From assembly GCA_013289515.1 (NCBI GenBank), contig JABCZU010000005.1, positions 5,424 through 69,423 on the forward strand: a stretch of DNA of 64,000 nucleotides, written 5' to 3'. The notes below the pieces were generated by a model. It did no database searches. It saw only the letters and a list, made by a program, of their open reading frames with translations, and was not told the origin of the DNA. Of the stretch, positions 1-9,124 are shown one piece after another; position 1 is the first letter of the stretch, and every line of letters begins with the position of its first letter. The position numbers and the translations under genes were made by a program. The stretch is from Candidatus Babelota bacterium. GTDB lineage: Bacteria > Babelota > Babeliae > Babelales > RVW-14.

Positions 1-39
1 TTTCCACGGTACCCGCATCACGCGGATTTCTAAGAAAAT

Positions 40-63
40 GAGGCGCTCGCTTTCGAGCGCCTC
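40..63 (-). terminator. GC-rich hairpin (GAGGCGCTCG-CTTT-CGAGCGCCTC) just after the stop of the 71..559 gene
   Basis: Perfect 10 bp stem with a 4 nt loop read directly. A- and T-runs flank it on both sides, so it could act in both directions. Confidence 0.55.
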
Positions 64-70
64 AAAAAAA

Positions 71-559
71 TTACTTCGCTAGCGACGCCGTCTCTGCATC
101 AAGCAAAATGATGATGCCATCTTGTATCAACTGATTGGTGCTTACAAAGGTGATTGATCCGTCAGCATTAACGGTCACAAGCGCGGCCACAAGGCTTTGT
201 ATCACGCTGCTCACCGTGGCGTTATCCTGAACAAGATTGTACTTCTGCAAGATGGCCAGGACATCCTGCGTTACCACGCCATTACTGTTATTAAGGCAGT
301 ACTGCACAAATTGACTAAATTGTTGCGGGTAGTTTTGATTGAGCTCGGTAAGTATTGCCTGTAATGAAGTCAAAAAGGTACCGGCCACCGATATGCCATT
401 AACCTGAACAATATTAGTCAACACCGTCGAGCTTCCTACCAAGCTTGTGAAGAATGAGCCTATGCTCGCAGGACTTGCCTTTAACAACTGTTGGCTGCTC
501 ATCATCACGATACCAAGTCCAAGCATTGGCACCATCACACTTTTTTTCGTTATGCTCAT
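71..559 (-). CDS. Hypothetical secreted protein
   Basis: 162 aa ORF with an N-terminal hydrophobic signal-like segment (KKSVMVPMLGLGIVMM). No family recognised. Confidence 0.6.
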   Translation of the reverse strand: MSITKKSVMVPMLGLGIVMMSSQQLLKASPASIGSFFTSLVGSSTVLTNIVQVNGISVAGTFLTSLQAILTELNQNYPQQFSQFVQYCLNNSNGVVTQDVLAILQKYNLVQDNATVSSVIQSLVAALVTVNADGSITFVSTNQLIQDGIIILLDAETASLAK

Positions 560-638
560 GAAATCTCCCTACAGATTACTAGAATGAAACGTACGATATT
601 TTGCTATTAGACCTCTTCTGGCGCTACGTTAATACTTA

Positions 639-794
639 AAAACGGCGCTCGTGGTGAGGAAGCTGCGCAGCAGCTGTCTCGAACCATACGAGCGTACGGC
701 GCCAAGATCCTTCGAGACGGCCACGAAGTGGCCTCCTCAGGACGAGCGCTAGCGAGTAGTTTATCCTGAGCCTCGTCGAAGGAAGCGCCGTTTT
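639..794. repeat. Intergenic MITE-like palindromic element. Termini are AAAACGGCGCT ... AGCGCCGTTTT.
   Basis: 11 bp terminal inverted repeats. Internal modules (GCGCTCGTGGTGAGGA..GTCTCGAACC and ATCCTTCGAGACGGCC..CCTCCTCAGGACGAGCGC) recur at 1961-2064, 13045-13079 and 33932-33985. Confidence 0.7.
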
Positions 795-879
795 AGTCAA
801 CTTCAAGTTTCGAAAGAGGTCTTTTACACAACCTTCAGTCTGCCAAAAACAATAAGTGAAAGTGAATACAATGTGCATT

Positions 880-3699
880 TTACAAATCCCGTATTGCCCG
901 ATCAAGCAATGCAACCGCCTCTTGGTACGAAGTCGCCGCATCAAAATGCATCGGCTTACCAATTTTGACGGTAATGCTGCCGCGTGAGCGCGGTAAGAAA
1001 TGATCGTATGGCACGAGGCCTGCAAGGCCAATAATTTTTACTGGCACCACAGGTGCCTTCATCTCAAGCGCAATCAGGCCGGCGCCAGCCTTGAGCGGCG
1101 ATAGGTTGCCATCGCGGCTCATCCTCCCTTCTGGAAAAACAACCACATTGTACCCGGCATCAAGCATGGTGCCCATGTTCAATAGACCGGTGGCAATGTG
1201 TTCGTGTTCATGGCGTGGAAAAGGGAAGGCGTTGAAAAAGAGTTCGGCAAGCCAGGCAAAGGTGCGATATTCTTCATACAAAACATCGTAGGCAGCAGCA
1301 AATGAGATGCGTTTTTTGATTGCAGGAGGCAGTGCAGCCATCACCACCAACCCGTCGATTAGCGAAACATGATTGGGCATAATGATGACCGGGCCGTTAA
1401 TGCCGGCAAGATGTTCCAGGCCTTCAACGCGTATCCGATTGAACAGACACGTGGTAACCAGGCTGATCATACCCCGTCCGGGCATGCGCAATAGCCGTGC
1501 CCACCAGGCCCGTGGCCATGCCTTAACGCGTGGCATTTTTGTTAAGGGCTTGGCGGTGGCGATAATGGTTTCCAATTCTGCTACGGTGGTCTGCGCGGTC
1601 ATCAGACGTTCATCGATCAGGATGCCATACTGCTCTTCAATGCGTGTGATGCACTCTATGCGCATTAATGAATCAAATTTTAAATCAGTACCCAGGCGCG
1701 TATCGCCATTGATGAGTACACTATCCACCCTACTCACCTGCGCCAGCAGCGTAATCAGTTTGGTTACGGCGGCATGAGCACCGGTTGGCAGTTGCTTGTT
1801 GCCATGCTGCTGAAGGTAGGCAATCACCTCGCCTCGTTTAATCTTACGGGTGACGGTACGCGGAAAATCGTCTTGCGGCCAGATTGACCAGCCGGTAATA
1901 TGCTGGTAGGATGCAAGCTGCTGGTTTGCCTGCTGAACAATATGGTCTAGCGTAGACGATGCGCTCGTCCTTGGTTCGAGACGCTGCTTACGCAGCTCCT
2001 CACCACGAGCGCTCACCCTGAGGAGGCCGGAGGCCGTCTCGAAGGGGCCGAAGGATATGAGCGCATCATCCTTGAGCAAAAAGGCAGCATGTATTTCAAG
2101 CTGGCCTGCTGGCGTGGTAAGGCCAACCACACAGGCATCGGCAACGCCAGGAAGCGTGTGCAATACAGCCTCAATATCTTCTGGAAAAATATTTTGTGCC
2201 CCCGGTCCTTTGATCATAAAACGTTGTCGCCCTTTTAAAAACCAAAAGCCATCGTTGTCGCAATAACCGATGTCACCAGTTTTTAACCAACCGTCACTGG
2301 TAAACACTTCGGCCGTCTTTGCCGGATGTTGAAAATAACCTGGCGTAATATTTGGCCCGGTTACCTCGATCTCATTATCCTTGCTCAAGCGCATAGACAC
2401 CATCGGCAGCGGTTTACCCACTGAGCCAAGGCGGCGATGAGCAAAGGTATTGCCCGTCAAGATCGGCGACGTTTCCGTCAGGCCGTACCCTTGCAATACC
2501 GTAACACCAAGATTATCCCAAAATGTTTCTACGGGCGCTTCAAGGGCCGAGCCGCCACAGGCGATAGTATTTAATCGGCCGCCAAACTTTTTTAGTACCG
2601 GCCAGCAGACCAGGCGACGCAACGCTTGCCCTACGAAGCCCTTCGAAGCTTTAGCGGAGTAGGGGCGTAGTAGGGGCATACACGCAGCAAGAGCAAACAT
2701 GCGGTTAAGCATAGCGGTTTTGCCATTGTCATGAGCCTGCACATAAATTTGCTGCCTCATGACGGCTAAAAATTCTGGCACTGCAGCCATTTTGGTAATG
2801 CGGTATGTCTGGAGTAATTCTCTAATCGCGCCGTGTGAGTGCGCATAAATAATGTGCGCACCGAGCAGGTAGGGCAAGAAAAGGCCAACGGTCAGTTCAA
2901 ACATGTGGCTGAGCGGCAAGACGGATAGGAGACGTTCATGGTCGCTCTGTAGGGACAGCAGCTCTTGCGCGCCGAGCACGTCGGACATAATATTGCCGTG
3001 GGTGAGCATGACCCCTTTTGGGTCGCCGGTGGTGCCTGATGTGTACATGATGAGGGCTAGGTTGGTGGGGGCTATTGGTTGGCGTCGCCCCCCTCCATTC
3101 GAACCCTCACCAAAATGGCTCGGGCTATCGCCCTGCGGGTTCTCCATCGGGGCGAACGGCTTTTTTTGACTTGAAAGTACTTTACATTCTTGATCCGACT
3201 CAGGGTGATCGGGAGACTCAGAACCGTTCGCCCCGATGGAGGCTTGTTTCAAGCCGAATGGAGGGGAGCGGCGGTTCAAGACCAGAGACCCCTCCCCCTC
3301 AAACAAATTTTCCAAATCATACGTGACAACATCTGGCAACACATGCCGCACCGAGCGCGCTTTAAAAAAGAGCCGCGCATTGGTCTGCTGCGCAACAAGC
3401 TGCAACATGGTCTGCGTATTTTGTGGCGCCAGTGGCACGACGGGGCACCCGCGCAACAGGCATCCCCACAGCACGACAACCCAGTACGGCGAGTTGGGCG
3501 CACAGATAATGACCGGATCGCCTTTGTTTAGTTGGTGCTTGTCCAGCAATAGTGCCACACGACAGGCAAGATCATAGACCTGTTGGTAGGTCAGGGTTGT
3601 GGTCCGAAAGCCCATGCGCATAGTAAGCGCCGGCTGGCTGGAAAAGCGTTGTGTGCTTTGCGCTAGTAAGTCGGTTAAGAGCGTCATGTTAAAAATCAT
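880..3699 (-). CDS. Three-domain lipid enzyme: AMP-dependent acyl synthetase/ligase, then a phosphopantetheine carrier domain, then a PlsC-type acyltransferase
   Basis: AMP-binding motif IMYTSGTTGDPKGVMLTH. Carrier-like LGTDLKFDSLMRIE. Acyltransferase HX4D motif NHVSLIDG plus FPEGRMSRDG. The ATG overlaps the upstream stop (ATGA). Confidence 0.85.
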   Translation of the reverse strand: MIFNMTLLTDLLAQSTQRFSSQPALTMRMGFRTTTLTYQQVYDLACRVALLLDKHQLNKGDPVIICAPNSPYWVVVLWGCLLRGCPVVPLAPQNTQTMLQLVAQQTNARLFFKARSVRHVLPDVVTYDLENLFEGEGSLVLNRRSPPFGLKQASIGANGSESPDHPESDQECKVLSSQKKPFAPMENPQGDSPSHFGEGSNGGGRRQPIAPTNLALIMYTSGTTGDPKGVMLTHGNIMSDVLGAQELLSLQSDHERLLSVLPLSHMFELTVGLFLPYLLGAHIIYAHSHGAIRELLQTYRITKMAAVPEFLAVMRQQIYVQAHDNGKTAMLNRMFALAACMPLLRPYSAKASKGFVGQALRRLVCWPVLKKFGGRLNTIACGGSALEAPVETFWDNLGVTVLQGYGLTETSPILTGNTFAHRRLGSVGKPLPMVSMRLSKDNEIEVTGPNITPGYFQHPAKTAEVFTSDGWLKTGDIGYCDNDGFWFLKGRQRFMIKGPGAQNIFPEDIEAVLHTLPGVADACVVGLTTPAGQLEIHAAFLLKDDALISFGPFETASGLLRVSARGEELRKQRLEPRTSASSTLDHIVQQANQQLASYQHITGWSIWPQDDFPRTVTRKIKRGEVIAYLQQHGNKQLPTGAHAAVTKLITLLAQVSRVDSVLINGDTRLGTDLKFDSLMRIECITRIEEQYGILIDERLMTAQTTVAELETIIATAKPLTKMPRVKAWPRAWWARLLRMPGRGMISLVTTCLFNRIRVEGLEHLAGINGPVIIMPNHVSLIDGLVVMAALPPAIKKRISFAAAYDVLYEEYRTFAWLAELFFNAFPFPRHEHEHIATGLLNMGTMLDAGYNVVVFPEGRMSRDGNLSPLKAGAGLIALEMKAPVVPVKIIGLAGLVPYDHFLPRSRGSITVKIGKPMHFDAATSYQEAVALLDRAIRDL
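1961..2064. repeat. Palindromic repeat element embedded in frame in the 880..3699 CDS
   Basis: Its reverse complement matches the modules of the 639-794 element. It encodes FGPFETASGLLRVSARGEELRKQRLEPRT between the ligase and carrier domains. Confidence 0.7.
3085..3300. repeat. Composite palindromic repeat element embedded in frame in the 880..3699 CDS
   Basis: Holds inverted copies of CCGTTCGCCCCGATGGAG and CCTCCATTCGAAC. The segment 3089-3167 is the reverse complement of a near-identical segment at 13081-13160. Confidence 0.75.
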
Positions 3700-4844
3700 T
3701 CAAGATCATCATCAGCACTAGCACCAAGAACGTCAGCTATTGCCGAAGCTTCTGCCAACTCGAGCTCACGCTTACTGAGTGGGGATAGCAACCCCCTAAC
3801 CCATGATGAGACACCAGATGTAATAGCATGTTGCTTTAACTGGAGCGATTGCATTAATGAGATCGTATTGCTAGTAGACGACGCCAACGGTGCTCGCTGC
3901 ACCTGGGCCTGCTGGGGCACCCTAACATCAGCTGGTACCGATAATTCAACCTGCTGTCCTCCCGCTACGCTCGGAGCATTATCACGCACAGGCGGCTCAT
4001 CCTGATCAGGATCATTAGAACAATATTTTTCATAGGCCGCAATCTCAGCAACACTCAGCCCATTAAATAAAAATTCTTGCCATGAAGTATAGTTATTAAA
4101 CAGCGCGCAAAGTCGTTCCAGAACACTTGTACGCTCACCTTCCCAATAATCTCTGTAATTTTTTTTATTGAATCTATCAATCTGCTCACTATCAACAGAG
4201 GTGAAAACAATAGCCTCCGTACTCGTTGCAAAACCTTTGTAGGCATACAGTGACCATAATGGTAGCGGCAGCCTAAAAGGCTGTGCCTGTTTCTCGGCAA
4301 ACCATGCTAGTGCCTTGTTTTTAGCCTGGGCAAATGAAATAAGGCAGGTGCGCCCAAGCAAACCTGCCCCAAACCAATAGAGGTATTTTTGTTTAAAGAT
4401 TTTCATAAGATCATAGGAATAACGGTACTGTTGAACATCTCGCATGAACGTTGCAAATGTGCGTTCAGGCTTCAATGAGAGCATTTCACACGTTGCATAA
4501 TCCTGCTGAGCACGTAACGTTGCTATCAACACGTACGTCCCAATAATCTCCCATTCATGCACATCCAATGCGGCCCATTTTTTTGAATCACCTTTATTGC
4601 GCAGGTAAAGATACATGAGTGGCACATGACCATCTGTCATGTGTTCCCTAATCCACTCTAAAACAAGGTCCTTATCATCGGTCGTAAGTAGCTCCCGCAA
4701 TATTCCAATGAGCGGGGTAAATGCTTGCCGCGCAAGAAGCTGATTACAGGCCTCTTTTTTTGTATCGGTCCACAGATGCTGCGCATCAAGAGGTTGATAG
4801 TTGAAAACAAAGAGCAACAATAAGAGTTTTACTATAATGCGCAT
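3696..4844 (-). CDS. Hypothetical secreted protein, paralog of the 4872..5849 gene
   Basis: Signal peptide MRIIVKLLLLLFVF. Motifs shared with the neighbour include HVPLMYLYL vs HVPLLYELF and LPLPLW vs LPLPVW. Confidence 0.7.
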   Translation of the reverse strand: MRIIVKLLLLLFVFNYQPLDAQHLWTDTKKEACNQLLARQAFTPLIGILRELLTTDDKDLVLEWIREHMTDGHVPLMYLYLRNKGDSKKWAALDVHEWEIIGTYVLIATLRAQQDYATCEMLSLKPERTFATFMRDVQQYRYSYDLMKIFKQKYLYWFGAGLLGRTCLISFAQAKNKALAWFAEKQAQPFRLPLPLWSLYAYKGFATSTEAIVFTSVDSEQIDRFNKKNYRDYWEGERTSVLERLCALFNNYTSWQEFLFNGLSVAEIAAYEKYCSNDPDQDEPPVRDNAPSVAGGQQVELSVPADVRVPQQAQVQRAPLASSTSNTISLMQSLQLKQHAITSGVSSWVRGLLSPLSKRELELAEASAIADVLGASADDDLE

Positions 4845-4871
4845 AACATTCCTGGACCTGTGTTGTTTGGG

Positions 4872-5849
4872 TTATTTTTGTTGTGATGATGATGACGAAG
4901 ATGACGAGGATGATGAGGATGGCGCAGGCACCGGTAATGGCATTGCTGCGTTCACGCTGACGTCATTGCTTTGAGCAGCGTTTTGGTTGGCAGGCGCTTT
5001 GGCAGCAATTGGCTCATCTTGAAGGATGTTAAATACATCATCCCACGTAATGCCGTCACTGCTCTTTTGCTGTGTGGTCAGCTTTTTCCAAGTCTCAACA
5101 AAAATTTCTTCTCTTTTTTCTTTCACTGCAGTTACAATATGCGCATTCATAAATGCGCCACGCATCGCTTCCGTTGGTGACGTGAAATCGATCCACAAAT
5201 TACTCCACAGGTAGTTATTAACAAGAGCTTTAAATGACCCGTCTAACATTTTTTTAGTCACGTAACACACCCATACAGGCAATGGCAGCGTTTTAATATT
5301 TTCCAGGACAGAGCCCTTGCTCTGAGAAAAATAGGAATTTGCTAGCTGGAGTATGTGATCACATGGAAGTGGGGCTGCAATCTTACTTTTATCAAAACGC
5401 ACTTGATAGTTCTTCAACAAGTACTTAAATGTGTCAAATTCAGATTTCCAAGCATCTCCAAAGTGCGCTTGGCAACAAGCAACGTCAGCTTTTGCCAGAA
5501 TCAGGCTATTGATCATCCATGCAGCGTTCGCCTCCAGCGCCTTAGTGCCTGGTGCATGGTTTACTTTATATACCTCACCAGTAGTCTGTCTAAATAATTC
5601 GTACAACAGTGGTACATGCAACCCCTTTATAGCTGCAGACCTCAGCCAATCAGTTACTTGAGAACTATTTTCATACAAGCTTCCATACGTATCTTGACGA
5701 ACCTCTTTAAGCACTTTTTCATAATCTTGAATTGCTAGCGCATCATCTAACATTTTTTGTTTTTCTGCCCAATTACTTTTGAGCGGTATAGTGTGCAAAA
5801 TTGCTGAACATACCAGAACTAATGATAGTGATTGCTTGATGGTGATCAT
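4872..5849 (-). CDS. Hypothetical secreted protein, paralog of the 3696..4844 gene, with a C-terminal poly-Ser tract
   Basis: Signal peptide, paralog motifs and a run of 13 Ser near the C-terminus. Confidence 0.7.
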   Translation of the reverse strand: MITIKQSLSLVLVCSAILHTIPLKSNWAEKQKMLDDALAIQDYEKVLKEVRQDTYGSLYENSSQVTDWLRSAAIKGLHVPLLYELFRQTTGEVYKVNHAPGTKALEANAAWMINSLILAKADVACCQAHFGDAWKSEFDTFKYLLKNYQVRFDKSKIAAPLPCDHILQLANSYFSQSKGSVLENIKTLPLPVWVCYVTKKMLDGSFKALVNNYLWSNLWIDFTSPTEAMRGAFMNAHIVTAVKEKREEIFVETWKKLTTQQKSSDGITWDDVFNILQDEPIAAKAPANQNAAQSNDVSVNAAMPLPVPAPSSSSSSSSSSSSQQK

Positions 5850-6437
5850 AAGAATTCTCCTTATCTACTCGATCTACTGGACCTTAACAACAATGTTGCT
5901 TGATCCTATCATGCGAATTATCTAAAATCAAGACTAATAACAGCAAGGCGATTTCTTGCTCTGCTAAAGAGCAGTATTAAAAAAAATATGTATAAAACTT
6001 GATTAAGAAGAAACCGCATGGTATTGTTCTTTGTTACAAGCTGTTTTGTAAGGCTAAGCAACACATTCTTAATGCTGCATCACTCGAACAGGACACCGTT
6101 CCAAGTAATTACAGTCGTAAATAAAAATCGAGATCGTGTCGGTTTCTAGGCACTGTGTTGCAAGGCACAGTTTTTGTTATTGTCATTAAAAAACACTTGA
6201 TTTTTAAAAACACTATGCTAGGCTTAGCTGGCATCTTGAAAAAAACACCGTTGCCTAACTCATGTAACTGTTAGTTGAGTTTGGGTGGGTTATTTTTGGG
6301 GTTGTTTTTTAACCGTACTGCACAGTACACAGAAGCGCGCGTGATGTGTGTTGTGTGGTGGTAGGTTAAGAAACAAAAATTTTGTGTTGTGTATCCATAT
6401 TCAATTGTGAACAGTAAAAAGTAAAAGGATCTTTCTT

Positions 6438-7022
6438 ATGAAAAGACTTGCACTCGGATTATTGATCGCTGTAAGCGCATCATCAGTTAATGCTGCCGTA
6501 ACAGCACCAACAGCAACAACTACAGTTGCTAAAGCTAAAGCAGGAAAAATGGCTAGCTTCAAAGCTTGGGTTAAAAACAACCCTGCTAAGTTCGCTATGC
6601 TCTCAGCAGTTGCAGTAGCAGTTGTTGCAGACCTTGGTTATTCTGTCCAACATCGCACAGAAATCCTACATCCTGCAGTTCCAGCAGTTGCACCAGTTGC
6701 AGCAGTCCCTGCAGGCGTTGATGCTAACGGAGTTGCAACCCCAGCAGTTCCTGCGGTAATTGGATCCCTAGGGGTACCTGCAGTCACACAAGAGCTCGAT
6801 TACATGCACGCTCTTAAGTACAATGCACTTGATAACCGTGCTGCTAAATGGGCTACACAGGACAAAAAGCATATGGCTGGTACAGCAGTTGCAGTCATTG
6901 CTATTGTTGTTGCCCTATGGGACCTTTGCGATCGCGGTAACAATTCCGCAATCAAAGCGCTTTACAACAAAATTGTTGGTAAAACAGCAAGCGCAGCAGT
7001 TGCTCCAGTAGCAGCTAACTAA
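6438..7022 (+). CDS. Hypothetical Ala/Val/Pro-rich secreted or membrane protein
   Basis: Signal peptide MKRLALGLLIAVSASSVNA, AAGGA-like ribosome binding site upstream, and hydrophobic segments. Confidence 0.6.
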   Translation: MKRLALGLLIAVSASSVNAAVTAPTATTTVAKAKAGKMASFKAWVKNNPAKFAMLSAVAVAVVADLGYSVQHRTEILHPAVPAVAPVAAVPAGVDANGVATPAVPAVIGSLGVPAVTQELDYMHALKYNALDNRAAKWATQDKKHMAGTAVAVIAIVVALWDLCDRGNNSAIKALYNKIVGKTASAAVAPVAAN

Positions 7023-7037
7023 GTAAGCTTTTTTATC

Positions 7038-7068
7038 GGCGCTCATCCTGAGCTTGTCGAAGGATCAG
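7038..7068. repeat. Short copy of the GCGCTC..ATCCTTCGACAAGCTCAGGA..GAGCGC repeat family
   Basis: Its reverse complement matches 13045-13079. It lies just after the stop of the 6438..7022 gene and is followed by TTTTT, so it may also act as a terminator. Confidence 0.55.
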
Positions 7069-7128
7069 TTTTTCTTAGTTTATAAAAGAGAGAGGAATTG
7101 CCAAGCGCAGTTCCTCTCTCTTTCTTTT

Positions 7129-7779
7129 TTACCGACTCCTGGTCACCCCAACCCGCTTGCACATGCTATTGATCGCACACGAGCTGCACTTTGGCGAGAC
7201 CGCCACGCAGACATTCTGTCCCCAAATCACCAACAACTTATTCCACACCGTCCAATACTTTTTCGGCAGCGTCTCGCGCAAGACCTCCTCCGTTTGTTCA
7301 ACCGTCTTGGTTTTAATGATGCCAAGGCGATTTGAGATACGATGCACGTGGGTGTCGACACAGATTGCCGGTTTGCCAAAGGCGAGACCCAGGACCAAAT
7401 TTGCCGTCTTTAAGCCGATGCCTTTAATGCTGATCAGCTGCTCGTACGTTGCGGGCACCTTGCCGTCATAGTCAGTCAGCAGCACATCGCTGACATGGTG
7501 CAGGCTCTTTGCCTTATTTTTATAAAAGCCAGTCTTGTACACAATCTTTTCAAGGGCCGGTAGCGGCAAGGCAAGGATCGCCTTGGGCGTGCGTGCACGC
7601 GTAAACAGATCGCGGCACACGTGAATAGTTGTTGAATCTTTGGCACGTAGGCTAAGCAGGCAGGATATAAGAATCAGAAACGGGTCGTGGCCAAATTCGA
7701 CAATGATCTGGTCAACCAACGGTTGGACCATTGGCGCCGTCTCTTTTTTAAGCGTCTTTACAATGGTATCAATAAGCAT
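7129..7779 (-). CDS. nth: Endonuclease III (DNA glycosylase/AP lyase)
   Basis: HhH-GPD core (LISIKGIGLKTANLVL) and a C-terminal 4Fe-4S cluster motif CX6CX2CX5C (CVAVSPKCSSCAINSMC). Confidence 0.9.
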   Translation of the reverse strand: MLIDTIVKTLKKETAPMVQPLVDQIIVEFGHDPFLILISCLLSLRAKDSTTIHVCRDLFTRARTPKAILALPLPALEKIVYKTGFYKNKAKSLHHVSDVLLTDYDGKVPATYEQLISIKGIGLKTANLVLGLAFGKPAICVDTHVHRISNRLGIIKTKTVEQTEEVLRETLPKKYWTVWNKLLVIWGQNVCVAVSPKCSSCAINSMCKRVGVTRSR

Positions 7780-7932
7780 GTACGATTCTCCTACGGTTAT
7801 CGTGGGCTATTTTAAACATCTGATTGTCTTTCCTGTAAATATCTTGTAAAAATATGGTTCGATTATGGACGCAAATAAAAGTGTTAGCAATCCTTAGTGA
7901 TGTTTATTGCGTCGGCCATTACGCAGCCAGGC

Positions 7933-8119
7933 GTCGTCCCAGGCTTGACCTGGGATCCAGGGGAAACTGCACATGGCTTAGTACTAATATTCTCGTATTT
8001 CCATCATACAAATTCCCAAGCAGTCAGGATGAAAAGATTATGATAAAAACTAAAAAGGCATTGTTGGTGAATGTTTTTTCTACCCTTCCCCTGGATCCCA
8101 GGTCAAGCCTGGGATGACG
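7933..8119. mobile_element. 187 bp MITE-like element with 33 bp terminal inverted repeats
   Basis: CGTCGTCCCAGGCTTGACCTGGGATCCAGGGGA at 7933-7965 matches the reverse complement of 8087-8119 at 32 of 33 positions. AT-rich, non-coding interior. Confidence 0.8.
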
Positions 8120-8182
8120 TCCGTAGAAACCACGTACCAACAAAAAACATAGTATAAATTATTTTGATGAGAAGGAATATGC

Positions 8183-9124
8183 GTGGATATCCAATTGCTT
8201 TGCGCAAAAATAAAAGACTTCATCACCTTCTTTGAAGTAGAAAAAAATGCCTCGAAGCATACTATCAGAGCATACGAGGGGGACCTGCGCCAGCTCTTTG
8301 CCTTCTGCGAAGATATACAAAAACGCGAACCGGCCAAGCTTCAGTCCTTTGAGCACTTTTTAAAGCGCTACATCGTCTCACTCTTTTATCGCAAGATTAG
8401 CAAGGCGTCGCTTGCTCGCAAGCTCTCATGCCTGCGGTCATTTCAACAATTTTTGCATGGCCAGGGTATTAAGATTACGGTACCCATCAGCTCTCCACGC
8501 ATAGACCGAACGCTACCGGTAACGTTAAGCGTTGATGAGATCTTCTTTTTGCTGGATTCAATTAAGAATGAAGATCTGCCAACCCCTTACCCAAACAGGG
8601 ATAAGACCATCTTTGAACTGGTGTATGCTACCGGCGTGCGCTGTGGTGAGCTTGTTGGCATCACGCTACAAGACATTGACCTTGACCAGAAGATCATTCG
8701 CGTTATGGGCAAGGGGCGCAAGGAGCGCCTGGTACTCTTTGGCGGCAAAGCGAAGGAAATGCTTCAGGAATATTTGAGCACCGAACGGCCGCTTCTGCTT
8801 AAAGATAGTGCACAAAATGCCCTATTTTTGAATTATGCGGGGGGGCAGTTGACCACACGCTCGATTCAGCGTATCTTTGAGATGTTCAGGCACTTTTTAA
8901 ATGTCGACCGCAAGCTTACGCCGCACAAGATTCGCCACTCTTTTGCAACACACCTCTTGCAAGGTGGCGTCGATTTGCGTATCATTCAAGAACTCCTTGG
9001 ACATAAAACTATAGCAACGACAGAAATTTATACGCACATTTCAAACCAACAGCTGGCCAAAATGTGTGATGAAAAGCATCCGTTAAACAACCTTGATCAC
9101 CTAGTATTGGACGATAATTCATGA
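8183..9124 (+). CDS. Tyrosine site-specific recombinase, XerC/XerD family
   Basis: C-terminal catalytic region HKIRHSFATHLLQGGVDLRIIQELLGHKTIATTEIYTH. GTG start. Confidence 0.85.
   Translation: MDIQLLCAKIKDFITFFEVEKNASKHTIRAYEGDLRQLFAFCEDIQKREPAKLQSFEHFLKRYIVSLFYRKISKASLARKLSCLRSFQQFLHGQGIKITVPISSPRIDRTLPVTLSVDEIFFLLDSIKNEDLPTPYPNRDKTIFELVYATGVRCGELVGITLQDIDLDQKIIRVMGKGRKERLVLFGGKAKEMLQEYLSTERPLLLKDSAQNALFLNYAGGQLTTRSIQRIFEMFRHFLNVDRKLTPHKIRHSFATHLLQGGVDLRIIQELLGHKTIATTEIYTHISNQQLAKMCDEKHPLNNLDHLVLDDNS

Noticed and set aside
636-1031. 131 aa minus-strand ORF
   Set aside because: It is built largely from the MITE-like repeat at 639-794 and overlaps the 3' end of the 880..3699 gene. It has no coding-like features.
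4886-4925. Trinucleotide runs encoding poly-Ser here, and poly-Ser/poly-Asn at about 14935-14975, considered as phase-variation switches
   Set aside because: The repeat units are multiples of 3 nt and use mixed codons, so slippage would change length but not reading frame. There is no evidence of on/off switching.
7054-7471. Plus-strand ORFs 7054..7335 and 7157..7471
   Set aside because: They are antisense to nth, whose identity is unambiguous.
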